DNA of 18,694 nucleotides from a bacterium (GTDB taxonomy: Bacteria; Hinthialibacterota; Hinthialibacteria; Hinthialibacterales; Hinthialibacteraceae). The notes beneath the pieces were generated by a model. The model did not search any database, was not told where the DNA came from, and was given only the letters and a program-made list of their open reading frames with translations. A program made the translations under genes and the position numbers. Positions within the stretch are counted from its first letter, which is position 1, and each line of letters opens with the position of its first letter. The stretch lies in assembly GCA_041946805.1 (NCBI GenBank), contig JBHGBC010000118.1:1-18694 (forward strand). Reading direction: 5' to 3'. This document shows positions 1 through 8,238 of the stretch, piece after piece.

Positions 1-100
1 CTCACCCAGAGAGAGAGACTTGGGGGTTGTTCTCTCCAGACGGTTTGATGGGATGGCATAGCAAACAACTGAGAAAAAGTACGCACTTACCAGATGAGCC
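1..100 (-). mobile_element. MITE-like element, partial (cut by the window start); 22-bp terminal repeat at 79..100
   Basis: 79..100 GTACGCACTTACCAGATGAGCC is the reverse complement of GGCTCATCTGGTAAGTGCGTAC, matching the 22-mer at 6477, 10606, 15356 and 18637. Bases 1..100 align loosely with the reverse complement of about 10606..10706, including a degenerate CTC.CCCAGAG.GAGAG palindrome remnant. Confidence 0.7.
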
Positions 101-105
101 TTCCA

Positions 106-1251
106 TCAATCATCGATCCTTCTTGATTGCCCTTCCCATACCGGCAGCGGCATCCCGCTGGTGGGTATGCCGTACTCCCAAGTTTCCTGGATATAGTTCA
201 GGCTATCCGGTTTCGGATGGTTCTCACTTCCCGCGCCGCGAAAGAGGACAATCTGTCTCCGCCGGGAATCGTAGGTCATGTCCGTCATGTACGCGTAACC
301 GGGTTCGGAACTCGGTATGAGCACCCAGTTGAATCCATCCCATTCCCAGGTGTCGTTGTGTAGAATGTGGTCCGCGGCCGAGTACCAATGGGCCCCACCA
401 TACAGCACCGCGGCACCACGCGATTCATCGAAAGCCAGACCCGGGGCTTCCCGTCCATCTGGCCCTTCCGTGGAAACCTGGATCCAATTCGTTCCGTCGA
501 ATTCCCACGTGTCGCCCGGCGCTGTGCCCGGTTGGTCAACGCCCCCAAAGAGCAGGATGGTATTGCGAATCGAGTCATACACCATTTTATGAAAAGCTCG
601 AGCCGGACCGGCCGCGATCTTGACCCACATCGCGCCATCCCATTTCCAGGTATCATTCTTGATATTGCTTTGGGCGGGACGCCCTTCCGATCCCCCATGC
701 CGTATCACGCATCGCATATCCGGATAATACACCAGGGACACTCCCACCCGGGGAGCGTCATCCACCCGATCGATCCCCTTCCATTCCTTGCCATCCCAAG
801 TCCAAGTGACCGCGGAATAGGTGTTCGGATCGATGGACTCGCTGATATGGTTGTATCCCCCATATAGGAATGTCACATTCCGGTCCGGATCGAATGCCAT
901 CCCGAAACTATATCGGACAGGCCCGGTTTCGGACACTTTACGCCAGGTCCGTCCGTCCCATTCCCACGTGTCGGCCCAGGATGCCTCCGGATTGATATTT
1001 TCCCGAACGCCGCTGAATAGAATCACCCTGCCGTGCAGGGTATCGTACACCATGCCCTGCCCGAAGCGGGGCGAGGGGGTGTTCGGGAGATCGGTGTGGA
1101 TCTGCGTCCATCGCGCTTCCGGGGCGGAGGCTGGGGGTGAATTTACCACGCCCAGCAGAAGACCGAATGACAAAAGGCAAACAGCCTGGAATTCCAACCG
1201 GAGGCCATGGATACACGTACGGCGCGCGCGCTTCCAACCGGTGCGGAACAT
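106..1251 (-). CDS. Secreted Kelch-repeat (beta-propeller) protein
   Basis: 381-aa ORF with a GAGGTG RBS just upstream of the ATG and a hydrophobic N-terminal segment. It has six repeats of the type (M)xYD...(L)FGG...DTW(E/K)WDGxxW (DTWEWDGRTW, VTWTWDGKEW, NDTWKWDGAMW, GDTWEFDGTNW, NDTWEWDGFNW, ETWEYG). Confidence 0.9.
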   Translation of the reverse strand: MFRTGWKRARRTCIHGLRLEFQAVCLLSFGLLLGVVNSPPASAPEARWTQIHTDLPNTPSPRFGQGMVYDTLHGRVILFSGVRENINPEASWADTWEWDGRTWRKVSETGPVRYSFGMAFDPDRNVTFLYGGYNHISESIDPNTYSAVTWTWDGKEWKGIDRVDDAPRVGVSLVYYPDMRCVIRHGGSEGRPAQSNIKNDTWKWDGAMWVKIAAGPARAFHKMVYDSIRNTILLFGGVDQPGTAPGDTWEFDGTNWIQVSTEGPDGREAPGLAFDESRGAAVLYGGAHWYSAADHILHNDTWEWDGFNWVLIPSSEPGYAYMTDMTYDSRRRQIVLFRGAGSENHPKPDSLNYIQETWEYGIPTSGMPLPVWEGQSRRIDD

Positions 1252-1371
1252 GGTTCACCTCGGGAAAGAAAACACGAAATCATGCACTTTCTTGGGGAAG
1301 GCAAGGGCACATACAATCCCCTTGAACAGACGATCCCGAAAAATCGAAAGGGAAGCAATGCCAAACGGCTT

Positions 1372-1400
1372 ATGATACAAGCGGCCATCAACATTGTCAA
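1372..1400 (-). promoter_or_regulatory. Putative sigma70 promoter for the Kelch gene
   Basis: The minus strand reads TTGACA (1400..1395), a 17-bp spacer, then TATCAT (1377..1372), about 120 bp upstream of the ATG at 1251. Confidence 0.65.
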
Positions 1401-1445
1401 TAAATTATTCCCGTTGTTCGGGCGGGAACCAACGGAAGAAAGATT

Positions 1446-1470
1446 CCCCTCATCCCAGGGAGAGCGGACC
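1446..1470 (+). repeat. Degenerate BoxC-like palindrome copy
   Basis: CCCCTCATCCCAGGGGAGAGCGGAC(C) resembles CCCTCTCTCCCTGGGAGAGGGCC at 15440. Confidence 0.4.
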
Positions 1471-1604
1471 TGTTTTGTCAGAGCGGGCGATGCGGCCAAA
1501 AGCGGGGTTTGGAAAACATGGCGGCAACCTGTTGCCGGCGTCCTCTCCGTAATCACGCGGCATCTTGTATGCAGTTTTCAGGATTTGGACTTTTGGCCGG
1601 GGCG

Positions 1605-4600
1605 TCATTCAAGGGTAATCGGTTGATTGAGGAAGCTCACCTGGAGTTCAATGATGTCATTTATCTGCGATGAATCATACGATCCGGTCTGATTGCCATT
1701 CTCATCATAGGACGTGATCTCAATGTGAACGCCATCCGGATTGTTGCCGTAAAGACCATACCGGATAAACGTGGGCTGATCACATTCGCTGATGGTTGAA
1801 CCCCAAAATCCATCGTAAGTCTCGCAATGACACCAGCAAATCAGTGGAACGGCGTCGAAAGTAATTTTCACGGATTTGTACAAGAAACTTTCACCGCTGG
1901 GTTTGCGGGAGTAATGATTCATCTCCGCCTGCCCGGTAATCGTGCCAGGCTCCGGATTCGTCCAAACGATTTTTCCACCGGAATTGTTTTCATAAATAAA
2001 TTCACTGGAGATGACGACGGAATAATCGACCACGGGGTAGAACGACACCCAGACGGAAACGTTCGCTTTCCAGGGTTCGATCCTCGCGGAGAACGAATCA
2101 TCGATTTTGTAGGGGTACGCGTTGCTGTTTTCGCCGTTGACGGTTACCACCACCGTGCCGGATTGCGCACCCGCCGGAACCTGCAAGTTAATACGCGTGT
2201 CATACCAAGAGATTATTTTCGCCGCTTCCTTTCCGCCGAAGAGCACCCGGCTGCCGCCCTGGCTCGCCCCAAATCCCCGCCCGGTTATGAAAACCGAAGC
2301 CCCCACCGGCGCGCTGTCGCACGTGATGTCATCGATGACAATATTCGCGGTGGTGATTTCCGGCCAGCGGTTGCCGAGGGTGTCGCGCAAAGCCACCACG
2401 AGGATGTCCGTTTTCTTGATGGACGCGTCCGTGAAACTTTGTTGGGAATCCGCGTACGGAATGGGGGCCGGATTCAACTTGACGCCCTGCGTGGATTGCG
2501 GGGTGTCCAGGCGGTAGACGTCATAACCCGCAATGAGATCGCGCGGGATATTACCAATCTGCTGGGTGCTCCACAAGACCGCGCCGTCCTGGATTTCGAG
2601 GATTTCGGGCTTGAGCAACAAATAATATTGGCAATGCAAATTCGCCGCCAATTGACTTCCGTTGCCGAATCCGCGATTGATAAAGGCCTGTTCCAAGGAG
2701 GCAACGCCGGATGATCCGCCGAAATTCTTCACGGACAGCGGATTGGTGAACACCCAGGTCCGGTCGAGCGGCACGGCCTGCTCATACGCGGCGTCATCCG
2801 TTCCGGCCGGCGCGTGCGTCAAGGTGGAAGTCACCGCCAAACCCTCGCCCTGGCTTTGATTGTACCGGGCCACCAGCAGGCCTTCCTCCGTGGTTTTCGC
2901 TTGCAGCCGCAGAAACGCGGTGGACAAGGAATCCAATGGTCTTTTGAGTTCAAAATAGAGGGAGGATTTCCCGGTTTGCGGGGAAATGTAAAAAGTCCTC
3001 GACGCGGCTTCCTTGGGAGACAAATACGCCAACAAATCGGCTGAGAGGCTGTCCTTGATCCCGCCGTTCAATCCATCCGCGCCGGCATGGCCGGGATGGG
3101 TGACGAGGAACTCACCATATTCCCGAAATACGTCGGACAAGGAAGCCGAGGAGGAATGCTGGCGGATGGCCGTGTCGAGATTGACGCGGTCGTCGGTATT
3201 ATAGAACCTCTGATTCATCACGTCCGCCACCACGGCTTCACCCGGAAATTTTTCGTTTTCCAGCCAGTCCAGAAAATGGGCCAACGTGTAATAACTGGCT
3301 TCCTCGTTCGCGGTGATGGGAACCGATAAATACTTCGCCATGGTTTCGGACCAATAGGCCCGCCGGGCGGCGGGATCCATGTTCATGGCCTCGGCGGCGT
3401 AATAATTGGCCGTGGCCTCGAAAAACCACAGATTGCCAAAAAACCACGCCGCCGGTTTCCCGCCGAGAGAATAGTAATCCCCCTGCAAATAATGGCACAG
3501 TTCGTGGGCCGCGGTCCCGCGCATGGTTTGCCAGTTTTCCAGCCGGGTTTCATGGATTTGAATCCGGCCGCTGAGCCAGCCCCGGGGGGCGGAGTTTCCG
3601 TCGGCATTCCCGAGATCGCGCACGTACACATCCAGCGCATTTTTGCCGATCCAGCCCGCGGTGGGATCGTTGAAGACCTTACTGCCGTCGTCCCGCGTCA
3701 ACGCCAGCAATCCGTTCAACGCCTCGTTCAGGGCCTTGTCCAGGTCTTCGATGTAATCGGGGACGAGTGTGTCCTCATAATCTCCGCTGCCCGCCGCGCT
3801 CCAAACCGCGTCCTTTTTCACTGAGCGGGGATTGTAGTGGATTTTGAAATTGGAACTGGCCAGCGAGGTGATGAATTCGTTGCCGATCAAGGGGATGTAA
3901 ACCCGGAATTTTCGTTTATAGGTGCGTCCGAGGAACACCGGGTCCTCCGTCTGACTCACGCCACTCAATACCTTGTTCGACACTTGCGCGGATGTTGTAC
4001 TGCTTTCCCACTGGGGCAAGGGCAGCCGGAACGTCAGCCAATTCGTGGCCGGATCCCACAGGGCCAACGCGCCCAGGGGCTTCCAGATCCCTTCCGATTC
4101 CTCGAAATACTGCACTCCCGCCAGGGAGAAATCCACCGATTGGCTCCATTCATTGTTCACGACGGGAAGGATCAGAACCAGGTCCGAATTGAAGTCGCCT
4201 TCCGTTTCAATGGCTAGTTCATATTCGCCGGACATGACGGCGTATTCATCGGTTTTCAGGTTCGAAGGGGCGGCGGTCCGGTTGAAGGCCACGCGGCCTT
4301 TCCCGGAAGTAAATCCCGCGGGGATTTCCACGCCGGCCTGGTCGGATAATGAAAGCGTCCCCCCGGCGGCGCCGTCGACCACCACGGGAACCATCGGAGT
4401 GGGGGTGAATTCGGGCGTGTTCGTGTTCGTGGGCGTGAGCGTGGCGGCCGGCGCCGGCGTAAGGCTTGGGGCGGGTGTATAAGTCGGTGTTGATGTATGG
4501 ATTGGCGCCGGAGTATTCGCGGAGATGGGCGTATCAGTCGGAATGGTTTCTGTTCCTGTGTGATACGCGAAAGTGGCTTTATCCAACGAATACACTTCAA

Positions 4601-6398
4601 CCGAATCGATAAAGACATGGATGTCACCGGCGTTCATCGCGGCCGCGGCCTGGATGATAGGCGTCACCAACGTACCTTCATCCGGCTCATAGAGGATGAC
4701 GATTTGCCGTTCCTGTTCTGCAAACGCGTTGGCATCCGCCGGAATTTGATACGCGATGGAGCCATCCACGTATTGTTCCGACGCGAGATCGCCCTTCAAC
4801 GCGCCCAACGCAATGGCCACCGCGGGAGAATCCGCCCGGACGTTCATCTTCAGCAGGAGGGGATAGCCTTGCGTATCCATGGCCTGCGCTCCGTAGAGGA
4901 GCGAGACCTGCCCGGAGCGCAAGCTTATCGTGATCCCTTGGCCATCCCAAGAAGCCGGGAAAAGACCGGAAGGGAAATTTTCACAACGTACCGTCCCCGG
5001 ATCCATGGTAGTAAAGCCGCCGGGGATTTCGCCCCATCCGTTTTGCCGCAGCGACGCCGCGCTGAAATCATTCCGGAGAAGCATCACCGGATCGGGAATC
5101 TGTACGTAGGTGGAATCACACTGGATGCCGGTTGAAGAAAAGACCGGCGGATTGACTGGCCATATTTCCATTCGGTCAATATAAACCGTCGTGTTGGAAT
5201 CCGAAGGCTGGCCGGCCACTTGGATCGCCGGAGTAATCACTCCTTCATCATCCGGCTGATAAAGCAGAACCTCGCGGAATTCCTGATTCACGGCTTGCCT
5301 GGTATTGTTCGGCAGCAGGACGCCAAGAGAACCATCCCATAGGCCGACCCCTCCTTTCAGCGCGACCAATCCGACCTGCGCCGCCGGCGAGCTCGCGCGG
5401 GCGTGCAACCGCAACAATACCGGTGAATCTCCGGTGCGGACCGCATTCAGCGCGTAGAGAAACACAACTTGTCCCGGTTGAACGCTGACCGCCAGGCCTT
5501 TCCCATCCCGGGATTCAGGATAATCCTGAGAGGGAAAATTTTGCAATGAAAACGAACCGGAAGGTGTGTTCGGAATGAATCCCCCTGGAATGTCCGCCCA
5601 GCCGTTCGAGGCCAAATCGGGCTGGTCAAATTCAAATAGGACCGGTTCGGTCAAACACCGGCCGGGTGTTGGAGTGGCGGGCGCCATGGGCGTCGGCGTC
5701 CCGCTGGGTGTGGGAGCCGCCCCGGGCGGCGGAGTGGGCGACGGATTTTCACACTCGGAGAGGTCGGAATCAATCTGCGGGGAATACGCGAAACCCGATA
5801 CGAGATAATCAAAATCGAATTCCGGATCATGTTCATACACGGCATCGCCCAGACGTCCGTGCAGCGCCGCGATGGCATCCCAATCATCGCAGGTCAGTTG
5901 GTTATAACGGATGTCGGCATAGCCGCCCGCCGCCGAGGAAATCAGGGGCGAAAGATGGGTAATGTCTGATAACCGGTTGAAGCTGCAATCCAATATGATC
6001 AAACGCGATTGCGGGGGCAATACGAGCGCCTCGATCTCATTGAAACTGCAATCCAGCCGCTCCAGCAACACGTTTTGCGACAAATCCAGGGATGTCAATG
6101 AATTGAGGGGACATATCAATCCGGTAATCCCTGTAAAAAATTCAATCCCCTTCAAGTCTTGAATTTCCAGGAAAGCGCAGTCCAGCGTTCCGGTTTTGGC
6201 CGCGGCCTCCGGCGCGCTGAACGCGCCGCCCTCCGGCGCTTCCATGAACCATTCCACGGCCGCCCGGAAATTCGGATCGGGAAACTGCTCCGGCGTGTTG
6301 ATGTTTTGGGCGGAAACGGAATGAATAGGGAGGAAAAGAAACCAGAGCGGGATGCAAGACCAGAGGGATTTGGAATTCACGTGGGAAAACCTCTTCAC
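1605..6398 (-). CDS. Large secreted modular surface protein: LRR + two tandem unknown domains + Pro/Thr linkers + HExxH zinc metallopeptidase + IPT/TIG + variable C-terminal domain
   Basis: 1597-aa ORF with a GTG start and a signal peptide ending ...HSVSA|Q. Internalin-like cap and LRRs (FPDPNFRAAV...LTSLDLSQNVLLERLDCSFNEI...LDCSFNRLSDI). Duplicated domain (NGWADIPGGF / NGWGEIPGGF ... VYIDRMEIW / VFIDSVEVY). PT-rich linkers. AAHELCH (3492..3506) followed by WFFEATA. IPT/TIG-like segment APVGASVFITGRGFG...VPAGAQSGTVVVTVNGENSN. Confidence 0.9.
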   Translation of the reverse strand: MKRFSHVNSKSLWSCIPLWFLFLPIHSVSAQNINTPEQFPDPNFRAAVEWFMEAPEGGAFSAPEAAAKTGTLDCAFLEIQDLKGIEFFTGITGLICPLNSLTSLDLSQNVLLERLDCSFNEIEALVLPPQSRLIILDCSFNRLSDITHLSPLISSAAGGYADIRYNQLTCDDWDAIAALHGRLGDAVYEHDPEFDFDYLVSGFAYSPQIDSDLSECENPSPTPPPGAAPTPSGTPTPMAPATPTPGRCLTEPVLFEFDQPDLASNGWADIPGGFIPNTPSGSFSLQNFPSQDYPESRDGKGLAVSVQPGQVVFLYALNAVRTGDSPVLLRLHARASSPAAQVGLVALKGGVGLWDGSLGVLLPNNTRQAVNQEFREVLLYQPDDEGVITPAIQVAGQPSDSNTTVYIDRMEIWPVNPPVFSSTGIQCDSTYVQIPDPVMLLRNDFSAASLRQNGWGEIPGGFTTMDPGTVRCENFPSGLFPASWDGQGITISLRSGQVSLLYGAQAMDTQGYPLLLKMNVRADSPAVAIALGALKGDLASEQYVDGSIAYQIPADANAFAEQERQIVILYEPDEGTLVTPIIQAAAAMNAGDIHVFIDSVEVYSLDKATFAYHTGTETIPTDTPISANTPAPIHTSTPTYTPAPSLTPAPAATLTPTNTNTPEFTPTPMVPVVVDGAAGGTLSLSDQAGVEIPAGFTSGKGRVAFNRTAAPSNLKTDEYAVMSGEYELAIETEGDFNSDLVLILPVVNNEWSQSVDFSLAGVQYFEESEGIWKPLGALALWDPATNWLTFRLPLPQWESSTTSAQVSNKVLSGVSQTEDPVFLGRTYKRKFRVYIPLIGNEFITSLASSNFKIHYNPRSVKKDAVWSAAGSGDYEDTLVPDYIEDLDKALNEALNGLLALTRDDGSKVFNDPTAGWIGKNALDVYVRDLGNADGNSAPRGWLSGRIQIHETRLENWQTMRGTAAHELCHYLQGDYYSLGGKPAAWFFGNLWFFEATANYYAAEAMNMDPAARRAYWSETMAKYLSVPITANEEASYYTLAHFLDWLENEKFPGEAVVADVMNQRFYNTDDRVNLDTAIRQHSSSASLSDVFREYGEFLVTHPGHAGADGLNGGIKDSLSADLLAYLSPKEAASRTFYISPQTGKSSLYFELKRPLDSLSTAFLRLQAKTTEEGLLVARYNQSQGEGLAVTSTLTHAPAGTDDAAYEQAVPLDRTWVFTNPLSVKNFGGSSGVASLEQAFINRGFGNGSQLAANLHCQYYLLLKPEILEIQDGAVLWSTQQIGNIPRDLIAGYDVYRLDTPQSTQGVKLNPAPIPYADSQQSFTDASIKKTDILVVALRDTLGNRWPEITTANIVIDDITCDSAPVGASVFITGRGFGASQGGSRVLFGGKEAAKIISWYDTRINLQVPAGAQSGTVVVTVNGENSNAYPYKIDDSFSARIEPWKANVSVWVSFYPVVDYSVVISSEFIYENNSGGKIVWTNPEPGTITGQAEMNHYSRKPSGESFLYKSVKITFDAVPLICWCHCETYDGFWGSTISECDQPTFIRYGLYGNNPDGVHIEITSYDENGNQTGSYDSSQINDIIELQVSFLNQPITLE

Positions 6399-6536
6399 AG
6401 GTGTCGAATGAATTCTGCATGGATGGGATTTTACCTGCCTGGTTGGGGAAAGGAACTGTCCTCCGGAATTTATTTTGGTTCATCCGGCAAGTGCGTACCT
6501 GCTAGTGAAAAAGGCATTTCATCCACTCGCTAATCC

Positions 6537-6562
6537 GGGTGGACACCCAGGTCCGCCCCTAC
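6537..6562 (-). repeat. GTAG-type REP-like hairpin
   Basis: The minus strand reads GTAGGGGCGGACCTGGGTGTCCACCC, a GTAG tetranucleotide followed by an imperfect palindrome. A degenerate copy lies at about 18583..18608. Confidence 0.65.
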
Positions 6563-6567
6563 AAAAA

Positions 6568-6616
6568 TTCCCTCACCCTGGCCCTCTCCCTCTGGAAGAG
6601 GGCCAGGGTGAGGGAA
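6568..6616. repeat. BoxC-like perfect 20-bp inverted repeat with a 9-nt loop
   Basis: TTCCCTCACCCTGGCCCTCT (6568..6587) and AGAGGGCCAGGGTGAGGGAA (6597..6616) are exact reverse complements. Confidence 0.85.
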
Positions 6617-6860
6617 AGTCTTTTCTTGACGCCGATCCCCTCGGCGGGTTCCTAAACGCTGGGCGGGAAGGGAATTATTTACCTTCAATTCAGAGTCAGT
6701 GAATTGAAAATATGATTTCCCCCATCCTGTACTCATTTATCGGATAACCCTTCAAAATCCAGGCATAACCCACCGGGAGGCGAATGGATTTTCCACATAA
6801 TGAAAACATTCCCCCAGGATGAATGGGGCCTCCCAACACACCCCTCCCGCCACTCCGCCA

Positions 6861-6898
6861 CGGAGGATCCCGGAGGGATATCCCTGCCGGATCCTTCG
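6861..6898. other. Imperfect ~38-bp palindrome in the divergent intergenic region
   Basis: Perfect core AGGGATATCCCT (6874..6885) flanked by CGGAGGATCCCGG / GCCGGATCCTTCG. Confidence 0.5.
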
Positions 6899-7029
6899 AA
6901 TGAAAGCGCGCCACGGCAATTGGCCGTCCCGGTCTTGGGCATATAATCAACTCCAGAAAGATGGAGTCATGAAAAAGTAAGTCAATCACAAAACAGGGGG
7001 AGGGGATCCTTCCCGAGTCCGGCGGCGAG

Positions 7030-8238
7030 ATGAAATCCAAGCTCAACATTCTGTTCGAAGGCCATAGCCTCCTGCCTCCCCGCACGGGGATCGGCCGCTC
7101 CACCGCGATGCTGCTCGGCGCGCTGGCTGGGCATCCATGGATTGGGCGGTTCCATGTCCTCTTATCTGTTTTCCCTCTGGGAAAAAATTGGAACTCCTCC
7201 CTGGAAGCGGTCCACGAAGTGGGTGTGGATGTTCATGCCCACCGGATTCCCCTGCCGTATGGCGTGTTGCTGCGGCTCTGGAAACGGATGGAACGGCCGC
7301 GCGTGGACCGCTGGTTCCAGGGAGTCGATCTGATCCATGGACCGGCCAACGTTTTGCCCGCGCGGAAGTTGGTCCCGGCCGTGGCGACCATCCATGATTT
7401 GAGCCTGCTGGAGCATCCGGAATGGTATCCGGCCCGGGCGCGGCCGTTTCAAGACCAGATCCGGCGAACCCTCCAGAACGCGGACGGGGTGATCGTGCCC
7501 AGCGGGGCGGTCCGCCAGGCTGTGCTGCGGTTGCGGCCGGAGATCGAGAACCGCGTGTGGATTGTGCCGCACGGAGTCAATCCGGACTTCCACCCGATCC
7601 CGCAGGAGAACAAGGCGGCCACGCGGCGGGAAGTGCTGGCGATCGACGGCCCGTACCTGTTCTGGAGCGGCGAGATCAATCCCCGCAAGAACCTGCCCGC
7701 CTTGTTCGTCTGCCTCTCGGCCTTGAAACAAGGCGGCTTTCCCCAACTCCGGCTGGTGCTCGCGGGGACGGTGGGATATCAAGGGCGGCTGATTCTGCGT
7801 CAGGCGGAAGAACTGGGGCTGCGGGTGGCGCGGTGGCTGGATGATCCCGGATTCGCGGAGGCGGATGTCATCGTGGTGGAATACGTGCCGGACGCGGTGC
7901 TGCGCTTGATCTACGCCGCCGCCGAGGTGCTGGTGTATCCCTCCTGGGACGAAGGATTCGGATTTCCCGTGTTGGAAGCGATGGCCGCCGGCGTGCCGGT
8001 GGTCTGTTCGTCCACCGGCGCGTTGCCCGAAACGGCCGGGGAAGCGGCTTTGCTGGCGGATCCCCGCGAAGGGCCGGGGGTGTTCGTTCAGCCGGCGCGG
8101 CGGTTGTTGGAAAATCCCGAGGAATACCATCGGACCCGGATGGAAGGCCTGGACCGGGTCAAACCGTTTACCCCGCGGGCCATGGCCGGGAAGACGCTCC
8201 AGGTTTACGAACAGGTTATGTCCGCGCGTGACGGATGA
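7030..8238 (+). CDS. Glycosyltransferase family 4 (GT-B, WbaZ/MtfB-like)
   Basis: 402 aa; motifs TGIGR, ATIHDLS..HPEWY, NPRKNL and YPSWDEGFGFPVLEAMAAGVPVVCS (E-x7-E) are typical of GT4. Confidence 0.95.
   Translation: MKSKLNILFEGHSLLPPRTGIGRSTAMLLGALAGHPWIGRFHVLLSVFPLGKNWNSSLEAVHEVGVDVHAHRIPLPYGVLLRLWKRMERPRVDRWFQGVDLIHGPANVLPARKLVPAVATIHDLSLLEHPEWYPARARPFQDQIRRTLQNADGVIVPSGAVRQAVLRLRPEIENRVWIVPHGVNPDFHPIPQENKAATRREVLAIDGPYLFWSGEINPRKNLPALFVCLSALKQGGFPQLRLVLAGTVGYQGRLILRQAEELGLRVARWLDDPGFAEADVIVVEYVPDAVLRLIYAAAEVLVYPSWDEGFGFPVLEAMAAGVPVVCSSTGALPETAGEAALLADPREGPGVFVQPARRLLENPEEYHRTRMEGLDRVKPFTPRAMAGKTLQVYEQVMSARDG

Larger units (their letters stand above)
6477..6750. mobile_element. MITE-like element (274 bp) with imperfect 22-bp terminal inverted repeats
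   Basis: Left end GGTTCATCCGGCAAGTGCGTAC (6477..6498); right end 6729..6750 reads GGGTTATCCGATAAATGAGTAC on the minus strand (16/22 identical). About 6590..6735 is a direct repeat of about 15447..15587. Confidence 0.7.

Noticed and set aside
1143..1626. ORFs 1143..1556 and 1207..1626 in the region between the Kelch and surface-protein genes
   Set aside because: They have no protein-like motifs and span a clear promoter and a degenerate repeat.
6475..6736. ORFs 6475..6702 and 6530..6736 (likewise 27..320, 10525..10818, 10609..10836, 15370..15561, 18463..18672)
   Set aside because: They lie on or run out of the repeat elements; the recurring peptides PHPGPLP and SLWERARVR are translations of the BoxC-like palindrome.
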